DNA of 64,000 nucleotides from Azolla caroliniana (taxonomy: Eukaryota; Plantae; Polypodiophyta), in the NCBI GenBank assembly GCA_043228905.1, contig JBHGNT010000011.1, positions 9,672,001-9,736,000 of the forward strand, given 5' to 3'. This document shows positions 1 to 12,192 of this stretch, piece by piece. The translations under genes and the position numbers were made by a program. Position 1 is the first letter of the stretch; each line of letters begins with the position of its first letter. The notes under the pieces were generated by a model that saw nothing but the letters and a program-made list of their open reading frames with translations, made no database searches and was not told the DNA's origin.

Positions 1-1463
1 GGAACACTGCTCATCATTTTATACAATTGTTAGTCTAATTTTCTGTATATTTGTAATTCGTATGCAGCTTTGTCTTCATGGTATTCTACTTGTAGGCATG
101 TCCTATTGCTATGGATTTTGTTTTCACCCCTAATATGATGAATTCTGATTTTGCCTTTCGTACATATAGGTTTGGTTCAGAGTAAAGCCGTGTAGAGTTG
201 GCATTGAACAAGAACTTATGTCTTGTTTTTGGTCAGAGCAGTTGCCTCCGTCTGGATAGCATCTATCCAAGATTCCTTTTGTGTGTTCCAGAGCGCTTTG
301 AGATGCCTTCTATGGTGTTATAGATGTCACTGAATAGTTTTATGTTTTTCTTGCCCGCTTTTTTTTTGTTTTCTAACGCCTCATATTCGTTACGACGTTC
401 ATCATTAGAATCTTCGTCTTCTGATATGATTATATTAGGTTTGCCTCCTTTTTTTTATCTTGTTTTGTTATAGATGTCATGTCTTAGTGGTAAGTAGGAA
501 CACTGCTCGTCATTTTATACAATTGTTAGTCTAATTTTCTGAATATTTGTAATTCGTATGCAACTTTGTCTTCATGGTATTCTACCTATAGGCATCTCTT
601 ATTGCTATAGATTTTGTTTTCACCCCTAATATGAGGAATTCTGATTTTTCCTTCCGTACATATAGGTTTAGTTCAGAATAAAGCCATGTAGAGTTGGCAT
701 TGAACAAGAACTTATGTCTTGTTTTTGGTAAGAGCAACTGCCTCCGTCCGGATAGCATCTATCCAAGATTCCTTTTGTGTGTTCCGGAGCACTTTGAGAG
801 GCCTTTTGTGGTGTTATAGATGTCGCATAATAGTTTTACGTTTTTCTTGCCCGCTTTTTTATTGTTTTCTAATGCCTCATCTTTGTTACAACGTTCATCA
901 TCAGAATCTTCGTCTTCTGATCTTATTATATTAGGTTTGCCTCCTTTCTTTTTATCTTGTTTTGTTATAGATGGCATGTCTTAGTGGTAAGTAGGAAGAT
1001 TGCTCGTCATTTTATACAATTGTTAGTCTAATTTTCTGTATATTTGTAATTCGTATGTAACTTTGTCTTCACGGTATTCTACTTGTAGGCATGTCTTATT
1101 GCTATGGAATTTGTTTTCACCCCTAATATGATGAATTCTGATTTTTTCTTCTGTACATATAGGTTTGGTTCAGAGTAAAGTCGTGTGAAGTTGGCATTGA
1201 ACAAGAACTTATGTCTTGTTTTTGGTAAGAGGAGCTACCATCGTCTGGATAACACCTATCCAAGATTCCTTTTGTGTGTTCTGGAGCGCTTTGAGAGGCC
1301 TTCTGTGGGGTTGTAGATGTCGCTTAATAGTTTTACGTTTTTCTTGCCCGCTTTTTTATTGCTTTCTAACGTGTCATCTTTGTTACAGCGTTCATCATCT
1401 GAATCTTCGTCTTCTCATCTAATTTATCAGGTTTGCCTCCTTTCTTTTTATCTTGTTTTGTTA
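1..1463. repeat. Tandem array, ~497-bp unit, ~3 copies visible (probably continues upstream of the window)
   Basis: The unit start ggaacactgctc..cattttatacaattgttagtctaatttt recurs at 1, 497 and 994. Copies differ by scattered substitutions, and the third copy breaks off at ~1463. Confidence 0.93.
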
Positions 1464-1727
1464 GTTGAACTTGTTCCCCGTTATTTGCAGGTTCTTTGTG
1501 TCTCCCGACAGCCCCATCGGTCAATGATGGTGTAGACGACTTCGTTGCACCTTTCATGTGGTGCTCGAGTTGTGCTATCCCTCAAGGTATCCCCTTGAGT
1601 GAACTTCGTTGCCCATGCTTGCATCGGTGTGTCGCTTCTCTTCTTCCCCGTCTTGTGCTCCTTGGTCTGAGGCCTCTGTGATCCCACCTTTGTTTCACAC
1701 GCACACGTGTAAGTACGCAACATTATT

Positions 1728-1745
1728 TGGTGAACCTGACATGAA
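1728..1745 (+). promoter_or_regulatory. Primer-binding site complementary to tRNA-Trp 3' end
   Basis: tggtgaacctgacatgaa versus TGGTGAACCCGACGTGAA, the reverse complement of the plant cytosolic tRNA-Trp 3' end as I recall it; 2 mismatches. It lies just after the LTR ..CA. Confidence 0.75.
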
Positions 1746-2815
1746 CAAGGCGGCAGAGGAGTATGAAGAATGAGGGGAAGCGAGCTTGCGAAAGCCATGG
1801 CGGTAGCCGTTGACTGGCTAGTGAGCGCCCGTGAGGGCATGGGTACCCTGGACAGGGCCATTGAATTGATTATCGGCACGATCAGCCGATTTGATGGGAA
1901 GAACGCGACGAGTTATCTAGAGGCCTACCCGGCGTAGATGATAATGAGGGACATCCCGGAGGACAAACGATTGTTCGGATTCCCTGGGGTAGTGACTCCG
2001 AGCATCCACGCGGAGGTCCTCGAGGTGCAGACCAATTGCCAGACTTGGGAGGAGTTCGAAGGACGGCTTCGCGAGAGGTACGGGTTCAACGACTTGCTCT
2101 GGCTTTCGAAGCGGGAGTTTATGGAATGGGTCGAAAGTCCCGGAAAGGGGAGGAACATGTTGGTGCTCCTCAAGGAGTTCGAGAAACGGTTTGCTCGGCT
2201 CTCGGCATTTGACAGGACCGTGCTTGACACGAGCCATGGACGCGCAGGATCAGGAGAAGGTGGGTCCCCTATTGGAGACGGACGATGGGCTCACCGCCGA
2301 CTGGGCCATGGTAAAAAGGGTCTGTAGCCGTTTCGACAAATGGTGTGAGTGGAGAGAAGAGGGCCCGTCGGCAGCAAGACTGGCAGCGGGGAGACAACTT
2401 GAAGAACTGATTTCGGCTCGAATGGAAGAGACACGAAGGTGCATTGAGTCCGGCGCGGTCTTGACTGACGTGGTCAAGGGCCCGTCTGGAGGCGTGGCCC
2501 TAAAAGAGCTCACTAAGATGGTAGAAGACCTATAGATCGTGCAGGCTCGGAGAGACAGTGAGGGACAATCGCGCGACCGAAGGCCTCCGGTCGACTAATG
2601 ATGTATGTGGTGCGACGCGGTTGACCACACTCGAAGAGATTGCACGAATTTTACAGAAGCACTCAGAAGCAACATGGTGTACCTACGGAGTGGACAGGTA
2701 CACGTGAGTGAGACTCGAGAAGCCTTTGGATGGAATACCAGTCGGGACGTAATGAAACAATTGATGGAAGAAGCCGCGACCTGACACACCGAAGCCATCC
2801 AATATTCGGCGTCAA
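1741..2815 (+). pseudogene. gag: Gypsy gag (stops and frameshifts)
   Basis: RFDGKNATSYLEAY..TWEEFEGRLRERYG capsid-like segment; zinc knuckle CMWCDAVDHTRRDC at ~2600-2643. Confidence 0.75.
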
Positions 2816-2819
2816 CTAG

Positions 2820-5800
2820 GCATACTCGCTATTCTTAGGGCGGCCGTGGTTGAAAACGGCACATATCAAACAGAATTGAAGGAAAAATATAATTACCTTA
2901 CGGCGAGGAAAAGCTAAGGTACGCGTACCAACACAACCAAGGACGAGCACAGCCAAGGAATGTACACCGTTGTATGCAGAGTGCGTCAACATGCTAGAAG
3001 GGTTAGCTGACAAAGAAGAAGCTCAGTACTTGCAAGAGAACCCGAAGATCGTACCCCTCTTCGAAATTGACATTGCCGAAGCAGTAGCACCATACTTACC
3101 GCAGTCGGAAGAGGTTGAAGCAGAACCAGATAAAGACGCAATCCGGGAGTTACGGCAAGCGCAGGAAGTGTTGGAACGGGAAATGGCCGTTTCACAGCGC
3201 GTAAAAGCGTCGCAACTTGAAGAGGTGAACCTAGAGACCACGGACGAAGCAAAACCGGTGCACATCGCTAAGGAGATGAAGTCCGAAGACAAAACGACGA
3301 TGATCACACTTCTCACGGAATTTCGCGACGTGTTCGCCTAGTCATACGAAGACATGCGAGGACTCGACCCTCAGTTATACCAGCATCAGATTCACTTGAG
3401 CAAGGACGCAAAACCAGTGGCACAGAGACGGTACCGGATGAATCTCAATTATGCTAGCAAAGTCAAGGAGGAAATCGACAAACTATTAAGAGTGGGCTTT
3501 ATCCGTCCGGTAAAGAAAGCGACATGGCTGAGCCCGATCGTAATCGTACCGAAGAAGAACGGAAAAATTCGAGTTTGTGTGGACTACCGGAAACTCAATG
3601 CGGCTACGGTAATGGATTCGTTTCCACTTCCGTTCACAGATGGAGTGTTGGATGTCGTCGCCGGCCATGAGGTCTATAGTTTTCTAGACGGATTCAGTGG
3701 GTATAATCAGATCCAGATGCACCCCGATGACTAAGAGAAAACGGCTTTCGTCACCGAATGGGGGGTGTTTGTGGCTGTGGTGATGATGTTCAGACTCAAA
3801 ACGGCACTGGCAACATTTCAACAAATCATCATGGAAATCTTTGGTGAATATATCCCGGCTTTTATGCAGGTTTTCCTTGACGATTTTGTCGTCTATAGCC
3901 GTGAGGAGGACCATTTTCAGCACCTCCGTCTTTGTCTAGAAAAGTGTAGAGTGTACCGGCTAAGCTTGAATCCGGCAAAGTGTGTATTTGGCGTGTCCAG
4001 TGGAACCTTATTAGGACATATTGTAAGCCAGGAAGGCATTGCAGTCGACCCGGACAAGGTGAAAGCCATATTAGAAGCACCGGCGCCGGCAACGCCAAAG
4101 GCATTGAGCCGGTTCTTAGGCCAGATCTGGTGGCACAACCGGATGCTCCGATACTTGGCCGACCTGGCTACACCGCTGCATACCGCCGTACATCGGACAA
4201 CATTCCGGTGGACCGACACCGAGGATAGGGCGTATAGGGCCCTCAAGGTACTATGGTCGCAAACACCGGTAGTGCAGCCTTCAGATTGGAGTAAAGAATT
4301 TCATGTGTTCGTGGATGCCTCCGACATCACAATCGGAAGCGTACTGATGCAACTTACGGAGCCAAAGTGGTACCGGCCAGTGTACTATGCCAGCCGAAAG
4401 CTATCCCAAGCGAAACAGAACTACTCTACCACGGAACGGGAAGCTCTAGGGATGATCTATAGTGTGACAAAGTTTCGGCATTATTTATTGGGACAGAAGT
4501 TTTCCTTCCATGTAGATCATTCGACACTCCTTTACCTAGTGTCCAAAGCGTCACTCACCGGTAAGTTGGCCCGGTGGACCTTACTATTACAGGAATTCGA
4601 GTTTGAAATATTCCACTGACCCGGTATACAGCATGCCGTAGCGGATTACTTAAGCCGATTAGAGTCCGGAGAGACGGGTGACGGAGTAGCGGATGAGTTT
4701 CCGGATGCGGAGCTGTTTCAAGTCACTACGGAAACGGCAGCAGATGAGACAGTGGCACAGGAAGACAAGTGGCTCACAAATATGCACCAGTTTCTGAGCA
4801 TAGGACTGCCTCTGTAAGAGATGAACCGGGACGAAAGGAAACGCCTGGTGGTGCAAAGCCGATATTTCTGCTAACTGCAAGACACACTTTACCACAAGGG
4901 CACGGACGGCATATGGAGACGGGCTGTGCGCAGCGATGAAAAGGACCTCATACTGAGGGAAGCCCACTGCGGAGTTGCCGGAGGTCACTATGCCGGAGAT
5001 GCGACGGCCAAGAAAATATGGCAAAGTGGCCTATGGTGGCCAATGACATTAAGAGATGCGGTACGGTACGCAAAAGAATGTGACCTATGCCAGCGAATGG
5101 GCCAGCCAACGGAGCAGACTCGTATGCCACACCAGCTTGTACTACCTCTCGAGCTATTCCAGAAGTGGGGGCTGGACTTTGTTGGACCGTTCAAACCACC
5201 GGCAATGAGAACAGGTAATCGGTACGTCATCGTCGCGACAGATTACTGCACGAAATGGGTGGAGGCCAAAGCCTTAAGAGACAACACCGCTGCGTCAACG
5301 GCAAAATTTCTATACGAATACATCTGGTGCCGTTACGGATGCCCAATCGAATTAATAAGCGACCAAGGGGGGCACTTTCTCGGCCAAGTAGTTGAAACCC
5401 TGACGACATTCTATGCCGTTGTCCATAAACGGAGCACACCGTACTATCCACAAGCAAACGGGTTAGTTGAATCGACGAACAAAACGCTCCAGAATATCCT
5501 CCGGAAGATCGTCAACGAAAACCGAACGGATTGGGATACCAAGCTACATAGAGCGCTTTGGGCATACCGGACAACATATAAAACGAGCATCCGAACAACA
5601 CCGTTCCGGTTAGTGTTCGGACTAGAGGCGGTAATGCCGGTGGAATTCCAAGTACCCAGCTTACGGATCCAGCTACGGGAAAAGCTGAACAAGAAGGAGT
5701 CGGAGGCAATACGGTTAACAGCACTGTGTGAACTCGAGGAACAATGACTGGCAAGCATCCTGCACTTAGAATTGGAACAACGGCGACGGAAAGCATTTGT

Positions 5801-6070
5801 CGACCGGCACAGGAAAGGAAATGAAAAAATGTTCGCAATCGGCAAGCCGGTGTTAGCCAAGTAAACTATGGTTTAGATGGACCGGCCCGTATTGGCTGAC
5901 ACGTGAGTATAATGGGTCCTACCAGCTAGGGACACTTGCCGGCGAAGTGCTAGGCAAATGGGTCAGCGGATTCTGATTGAAGCCATATAGAGGACCGATG
6001 CCCAAGAACCCATTTGAGCAAAGGACCGACACCGGTGAGGAAACGGCAACCGGTAACAGGGGAGAATGAG
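2820..6070 (+). pseudogene. pol: Gypsy pol: protease tail, RT, RNase H, integrase (disrupted)
   Basis: Motifs LGRPWL, VCVDYRKLN, LDGFSGYNQI, VFLDDF, FVDAS..YYASRKL..EREAL, H-H-C-C zinc finger and WGLDFVGP..SDQG..YYPQANGLVE. There are several premature stops, and most of the protease is missing near 2815. Confidence 0.95.
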
Positions 6071-6540
6071 GCGACGGCAAACCGTAATGAGGTCTGTAAG
6101 GGTCCGATAGGACCAACGGACAACTAACCTCACACCACATTAAAATTTATCCAAAAAAAAAAAAGCGAAGTAATCATGCAAAAGCGAGGTATGAATGGAC
6201 GAAAGAGCGAGGAGCGAAAAGGTACGTAGTGGGCATTTAAGCGCCACCACAGGACATAATGCTATTTTAGTACACGACGTGCACACACTCGAAAAAGGTG
6301 CCAGAATGCAAAGAGAAAAACCACTACGCATGGAGACCCTCTACTTTCGCGAACCCAGGAGCACAGAAGCACCAAGGCGCTGCAAGATCATCAGACGAGA
6401 ACCTACACACAAAGAACCCCCGCCTTCTGAACTCTCTCTCTCTCACACTCTAACTCTCATCACCATCCAACCTCGCCACCACAATCCGACCTCGACACAG
6501 ACATGGACCCGCAAACGCTGTCGGAAGCCGCTAAGAAATG

Positions 6541-9500
6541 TGTTGAGAGACAAGCTCAACATCGGCCGAATCAGCTGAAGAAGCCGAGGACCGGATCGGT
6601 TGGGACCAATCGGTTAGGCCGAGTGCGTAAACCGGGAGGTCGTTAGGAAAGATATTCCGTGAGGAATATATTTGGGAGTTAGTGTGGGAGCTCTTGATGA
6701 GCATTGAAGTACTGTCGGTACTTCGGTCAGTCCTTCTAGGACTTGTATAAAAGTGTTCACTGAGCACGTCTTATGTATAGATTGAGTATTATTGTTGAAT
6801 ATAGTTTTTTGTGTCTCTCTCTGTCTCTCCCGAGTATACTGCGTAAGCTCAAGCTCTCCATTGAACCTGAGTTTCCTTCCTTCTGTTCGGTCTTCATACT
6901 TGCTTCCGCACGTTACTTTCTACATGGTATCAGAGCGCGAGGGTTGAGAACCTCTCTGTAGCCGACACAACTTGACGAAGAAGAACGATGGATAGAGGCA
7001 TGGCGAGCTCGCTTCCAACACAGAAGCTCGACAGAACCAACTACGCATCTTGGTCCTACAAGATGCACCAGTACCTGCTCGGGCACGGCTACTGGAGTTA
7101 TGTCGAAGGAGCTAATGACGCGGCACCCGAATCGACACACAGAGACTTCCCATCGTGGGAGAAATCGGCGAGCAAGGTATTGTACTGCTTCATGTCGTGT
7201 GTGGGCGAACAACTATTGAGCTATGTTCGGGATGCAAAGACGTCGAAGGGTGCGTGGGAAAATCTGAAGAAGATTTTCGCCGCAAGCACCACAGCCAGGA
7301 AGCTTCAGCTCCGACAGGAGTTGAGCAACCTACGACAACGCGACTTGTCGGTGGCGGACTATACCTCGAAGATCAAGGATATCTGTGACTCCCTCGCCTC
7401 CATAGAAGTGAACATCGAGGAGAGCGAGATGGTCCAGATCTGTCTCAGAGGTTTGGCGTCGAAGTTCGGAGCGTTCTGAACGGCTGTGTGTACCCGGGAG
7501 AATACGCCGTCCTTTTTCGACTTACAGTCGATGCTCCTGGTAGAGGAGAACCACGCGGGTGCGTCTACAAGCACGCACACCGACAGCAGAATGTTGTACA
7601 CGGAGGGAGATAGGCCCCGTGGACGTGGAGGACGAGGCGAGTCGGCACGCAATGGAGGCGGCCGACGAGATCAAGAAAGAAGGCACCGAAGTGATGCCGA
7701 CAGCAACTCCGGACCCTCCGGAAACAGGGGGAGTCGAAGCGATGAGAACCGGCAAGGGAAGTCCATCGCTGAGTGCTGGTACTGTGGCAAGAAAGGCCAC
7801 AAGGAAAGTGAGTGCTGGAAGAAGCTCGCCGATTCGGAGAGAACTGGTTCCATGAACGACTCCAGACATACCGACAAGGGAAATCGGCAGCGATCGCACT
7901 ACGCCGAAGACTTCGGGAGAGCCGGAGAAGGGACTGCCTTCGTGACGAAACACGAAGCAAACTCAATGAAGCAGACCAACCCGAGATCGGACGAGGTGTG
8001 GTACGTAGACTCCGGCGCGTCAAACCACATGACGAGCCATAAGGAGTGGTTCTCGTACCTTGAAAAACCAATACAACCTGGAGTAGTCGCAACAGGAGAC
8101 GACACTCCGCATTCGATCGCGAATGTCGGAGAAGTTCCCCTTAGCCATGTCGGGCAGAAAGGGAAACTCATGAACGTGCTGCACGTTCCGACAATCACAA
8201 AAAACTTGGTCTCGGTCGGACAGATCGTCGACCAAGGGATAGAGGTTTGGTTTACGCACCTCGAGTGCTTCATTGACGAAGAAGGCCGTGTGATTGCGCA
8301 AGGGCGCAGAGACGGGAGGATGTTCATCCTCGACTCCACTGACGGCGGCACCGCAATGTTCGCGAAGGGACAAAAGACCGAGTCGGACATCGACTTGTGG
8401 CACAAGCGGATAGGCCACATCAACCACCAACGGCTTCAAGATCTGCAATCCAAACAGGTAGTGTTCGGATTGCCCAAATTTAGTGGCCGAAAGGCACAAA
8501 TTTGTGAAGCCTGCCAGCTCGGGAAGCAACACTGACTTCCCTTCCCCAATGAGCGAAACCAGAGCCGGAACAAGCTCGACCTTATACACTCCGATGTGTG
8601 GGGGCCGGCACAAAACGTTAGTCTTGGCGGGAGCCGATATTTCGTCTCCTTCATCGACGACCACACGCGGCACACGTGGATCTACCTCATTGAGAGGAAG
8701 AGCGAAGTCTTCGACTGTTTCCGGGACCTCAAAGGGTTTGTGGAAGCCGAAACGGGACGAAAGTTCAAGTGCCTACGGTCGGATGGCGGGAAAGAGTACT
8801 TTTCCGGTCAATTCAACGGTTACCTACAACAAATAGGAATTCGCCGCAAATTCAATTGTAAATACACGCTGGAGCAGAACGGCGTGGCCGAGAGAAAGAA
8901 TTGGTCGATTGTGGAAGCGACACGGGCAATGCTGGAGGAGAAGAGCTTGCCCAAGTTCTACTGGGCCGAGGCGGTAAGGACCGTGGTATACATCCAGAAC
9001 CGGATCGGAGACAAAGTGTCGGCGCACGAGCTATATTTCGGAACGAAGCCGAACTTGCGACACTTGAGGGTGTTCGGTAGCATTGCGTATGTGCATGTAC
9101 TGAAGGAGAAAAGGAGGAAGCTGGACACAAAGGCCAAGAAGTGCATCTTGGTCGGTTACTCGGATGAGTAGAAGGGTTATAAGTGTTATAACCCTCGCAC
9201 CAAACAAGCGTGTGTCAGCCGCGACGTTGTGTTTGACGAGTCCCCCGACTACGAACCTCAACTCCAATCCGAGCTCTGACGATGAGGTCAGCGAGGCCGA
9301 GATGCCTCCGGATGAGCCCGAAATCGAGACCCGCGAAGAGAGTCTGATTTCACTCCGGTTAAGTGGACCGATTGGACGACTGAGTCGGTACGACCAGTCT
9401 GATGAAGAGCCGGCGAGTAGTGGAGACTCGGCCGTGCATTCCCCGCGCAAGAAGCCGAGGAGACGGCTTACGCGCAAAGAGAAATGGAAGAAGAAGGTGT

Positions 9501-12192
9501 CGGATTCCGGCACGGAAAGGAACGAGTCAGACCGACGCGAGTCCGACTCCGAGGGAACCGGTGACAGGTCTTTACAAATGAAGACCGCGTCGACCGAGAA
9601 GGCCTCGACATTGGCTAATGTGAGATTACGCCGATCTACCCGCCAAAAGAACCTAGTTGTGCGGTTCGGTTACAACGAGTACATGGAACATCACTATGCG
9701 TACATGACCCGTGTAGCGGAAGTGCGTGAGCCGGAGAGCTACGCAGAAGCGGCGAAGGACGCGAATTGGCGCGCCGCGATGGAGGAAGAGATGCACACAT
9801 TGTCGGAGAACGAGACCTGGGACCTGGTTGAAGCACCGAAGGGGGTAAAACCGATCGGGTGTAGGTGGGTGTACAAGGTCAAGTACAACACCGATGGCTC
9901 GGTCAACCGGTACAAGGCTCGGCTAGTGGCAAAGGGCTAAGCGCAGAAACACGGCATCAACTACGATGAGACGTTTGCGCCGGTCGCGAAAATGACGACC
10001 GTCCGTGTTTTGCTCGCAGTAGCCGCGGCCAAGGGGTGGCACTTACATCAGATGGATGTAAAGAATGCGTTCCTGCAAGGTGACCTTGAGGAACAAGTGT
10101 AGATGGTACAACCCCCCGGATTTCACTCCGGAACGAACTCCTCGGCAATATGCCGACTGAAGAAGTCCCTTTATGGACTGAAGCAAGCCCCGCGTGCCTG
10201 GAACGTGAAGATCACGCAACAACTGCGTCGGTTGGGCTTCGTTACGTCAAAATCGGACTCTTCCTTGTTCATCCGGAAAGGTCGACTCGAACCGGTTAGT
10301 ATTTTACTATATGTTGATGACTTGGTCATCACCGGCGCCGACCTAGGTGAAATCGACCGCGTGAAGCTCCAGCTTGCGGCATCATTCGACATGAAGGATC
10401 TGGGGGACCTTCATTACTTCCTCGGGATCGAAGTGATCCGTACCCCCGAAGGCATATTGATCAGCCAACGTCATTACGTGTTGAGTATGCTCCTCAAACT
10501 CGGGATGGCCGACTGTAAGTCCGTCTCGACTCCTCCGGACAGAACCATCAAGCTTCGTCTCGATACGGGAAAGGTATGCAACCCGACGAGGTTCCGACAA
10601 ATTGTCGGAAGCCTCATATACTTGACCATCACCCGACCCGACCTCAGTTATCCGGTCGGGGTGATCAGTCAGTTCATGACGCGACCTATCGAGGAGCACC
10701 TTCAGTGTGCGCAACGCATACTTCGGTATGTCAACGGCACTAAGGACCGGGGACTGCTATATCGAACCGGTGTAGCCGCGCAGTTAGACGGCTACACCGA
10801 TGCTGATTGGGCTGGCAACGCCGCCGATCACCGATCCACGTCCGGATACGCATTCTCCCTCGGGAGTGCCGCGATCGCGTGGAACAGTAAGAAGCAGCCG
10901 ACAGTTGCACTGTCGAGCACCGAAGCTGAGTACCGAGGAGAGGCTGTTGCGACATGCGAAGCCATATGGTTGAAACGGCTGCTTAGGGACCTACAAGTGG
11001 AGGTGTCAGATCCGACGACGATCTACTGCGACAACCTCAGTAGCATCCAGCTCGCGAAGAACCCCATTTTCCACACACGGACCAAGCACATTGAGGTGCA
11101 TTACCATTTCGTCCGTGAGCGTGTCCTTTCCGATGAAGTCGAACTTCAGTACGTTCCGACGGATCGGCAGGCTGCCGACATCTTCACCAAGCCTCTTGGT
11201 CTGGACAAGTTGCGGCAATTCTCAGGTGCGCTCGGGTTGCGTCACCTTGATGTGCCGAACTTGAGGGGGAGAACAGTCCCGAACGACCAAGCAAGGCAAC
11301 AAGAAAGGAGAGGAGACCGCGACACCGAGTCGGTTGACTCAGGTGTTGACTCGGTTGTCAAGTTCGACATCGGATCGACTGAAGAAGCCGAGCGCGGACC
11401 CGCGGAAAAGTTCGGAAGCCGACAGAAGGGGAGCAACCGAAGGAGAGAGCCGAAGCCAAACACGCATAAGGAGGATGACGCCATCGAGGGCGAGAAGACC
11501 GAAGACGAGTTGGAGACAGCCAACTCGGACGAGAACGAAAACCGATCGGAGGTAGCCGAGTCGGTTCGGATGTTTGATTCAGACACGCTGAATCAACCGA
11601 GGCCCAAGCGGAAGAAAAGGCAGCAGAAGAAGCGTCAACACCGCAACAACAGAAGAGCTGATGAGGGCCACATGAGCAGACAAGCCGACCGGAAGGGTCG
11701 AAGCGCACGGAGTCGAACAGGTCGAGGAGCGCGAGCGAGCCGAGAAGCCAGGAGGAACCGGTGATGTGAAGATCCCGAAGAGCCTCAAGTTGAGCTTGAG
11801 GGGGAGTGTTGAGAGACAAGCTCAACATCGGCCGAATCGGCTGAAGAAGTCGAGGACCGGATCGGTTGGGACCAATCGGTTAGGCCGAGTGCGTAAACCG
11901 GGAGGTCGTTAGGAAAGATATTCCGTGAGGAATATATTTGGGAGTTAGCGTAGGAGCTCTTGATGAACATTGAAGTATTGTCAGTACTTCGGCCAGTCCT
12001 TCTAGGACTTGTATAACAGTGTTCACTGAGCACGTCTTATGTATAGATTGAGTATTATTGTTGAATATAGTTTTTTGTGTTTCTCTCTCTGTCTCTCCCG
12101 AGTATACTGCGTAAGCTCAAGCTCTCCATTGAACCTGAGTTTCCTTCCTTCTGTTCGGTCTTCATACTTGCTTCCACACGTTACTTTCTACA
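6541..12192 (+). mobile_element. Full-length Ty1/Copia LTR retrotransposon, 5-bp TSD AAATG
   Basis: LTRs 6541-6924 and 11807-12192 (TG..CA; ~10 substitutions plus a 2-nt indel by eye). PBS tggtatcagagc (tRNA-iMet) at 6925-6936, PPT gagggggag at 11798-11806, and AAATG at 6536-6540 and 12193-12197. Confidence 0.98.
6988..11764 (+). pseudogene. Copia gag-pol polyprotein (several premature stops)
   Basis: gag (NYASWSYKM, CWYCGKKGHKESEC), protease WYVDSGASNHM, GAG-pre-integrase LWHKRIGH, integrase SDGGKEY..QNGVAER, RT LYVDDL, and RNase H TDADWAG..TKHIEVHYHF. Confidence 0.96.

Noticed and set aside
7522-11828. Many long antisense ORFs
   Set aside because: Shadows of GC-rich Copia coding sequence with no recognisable motifs.
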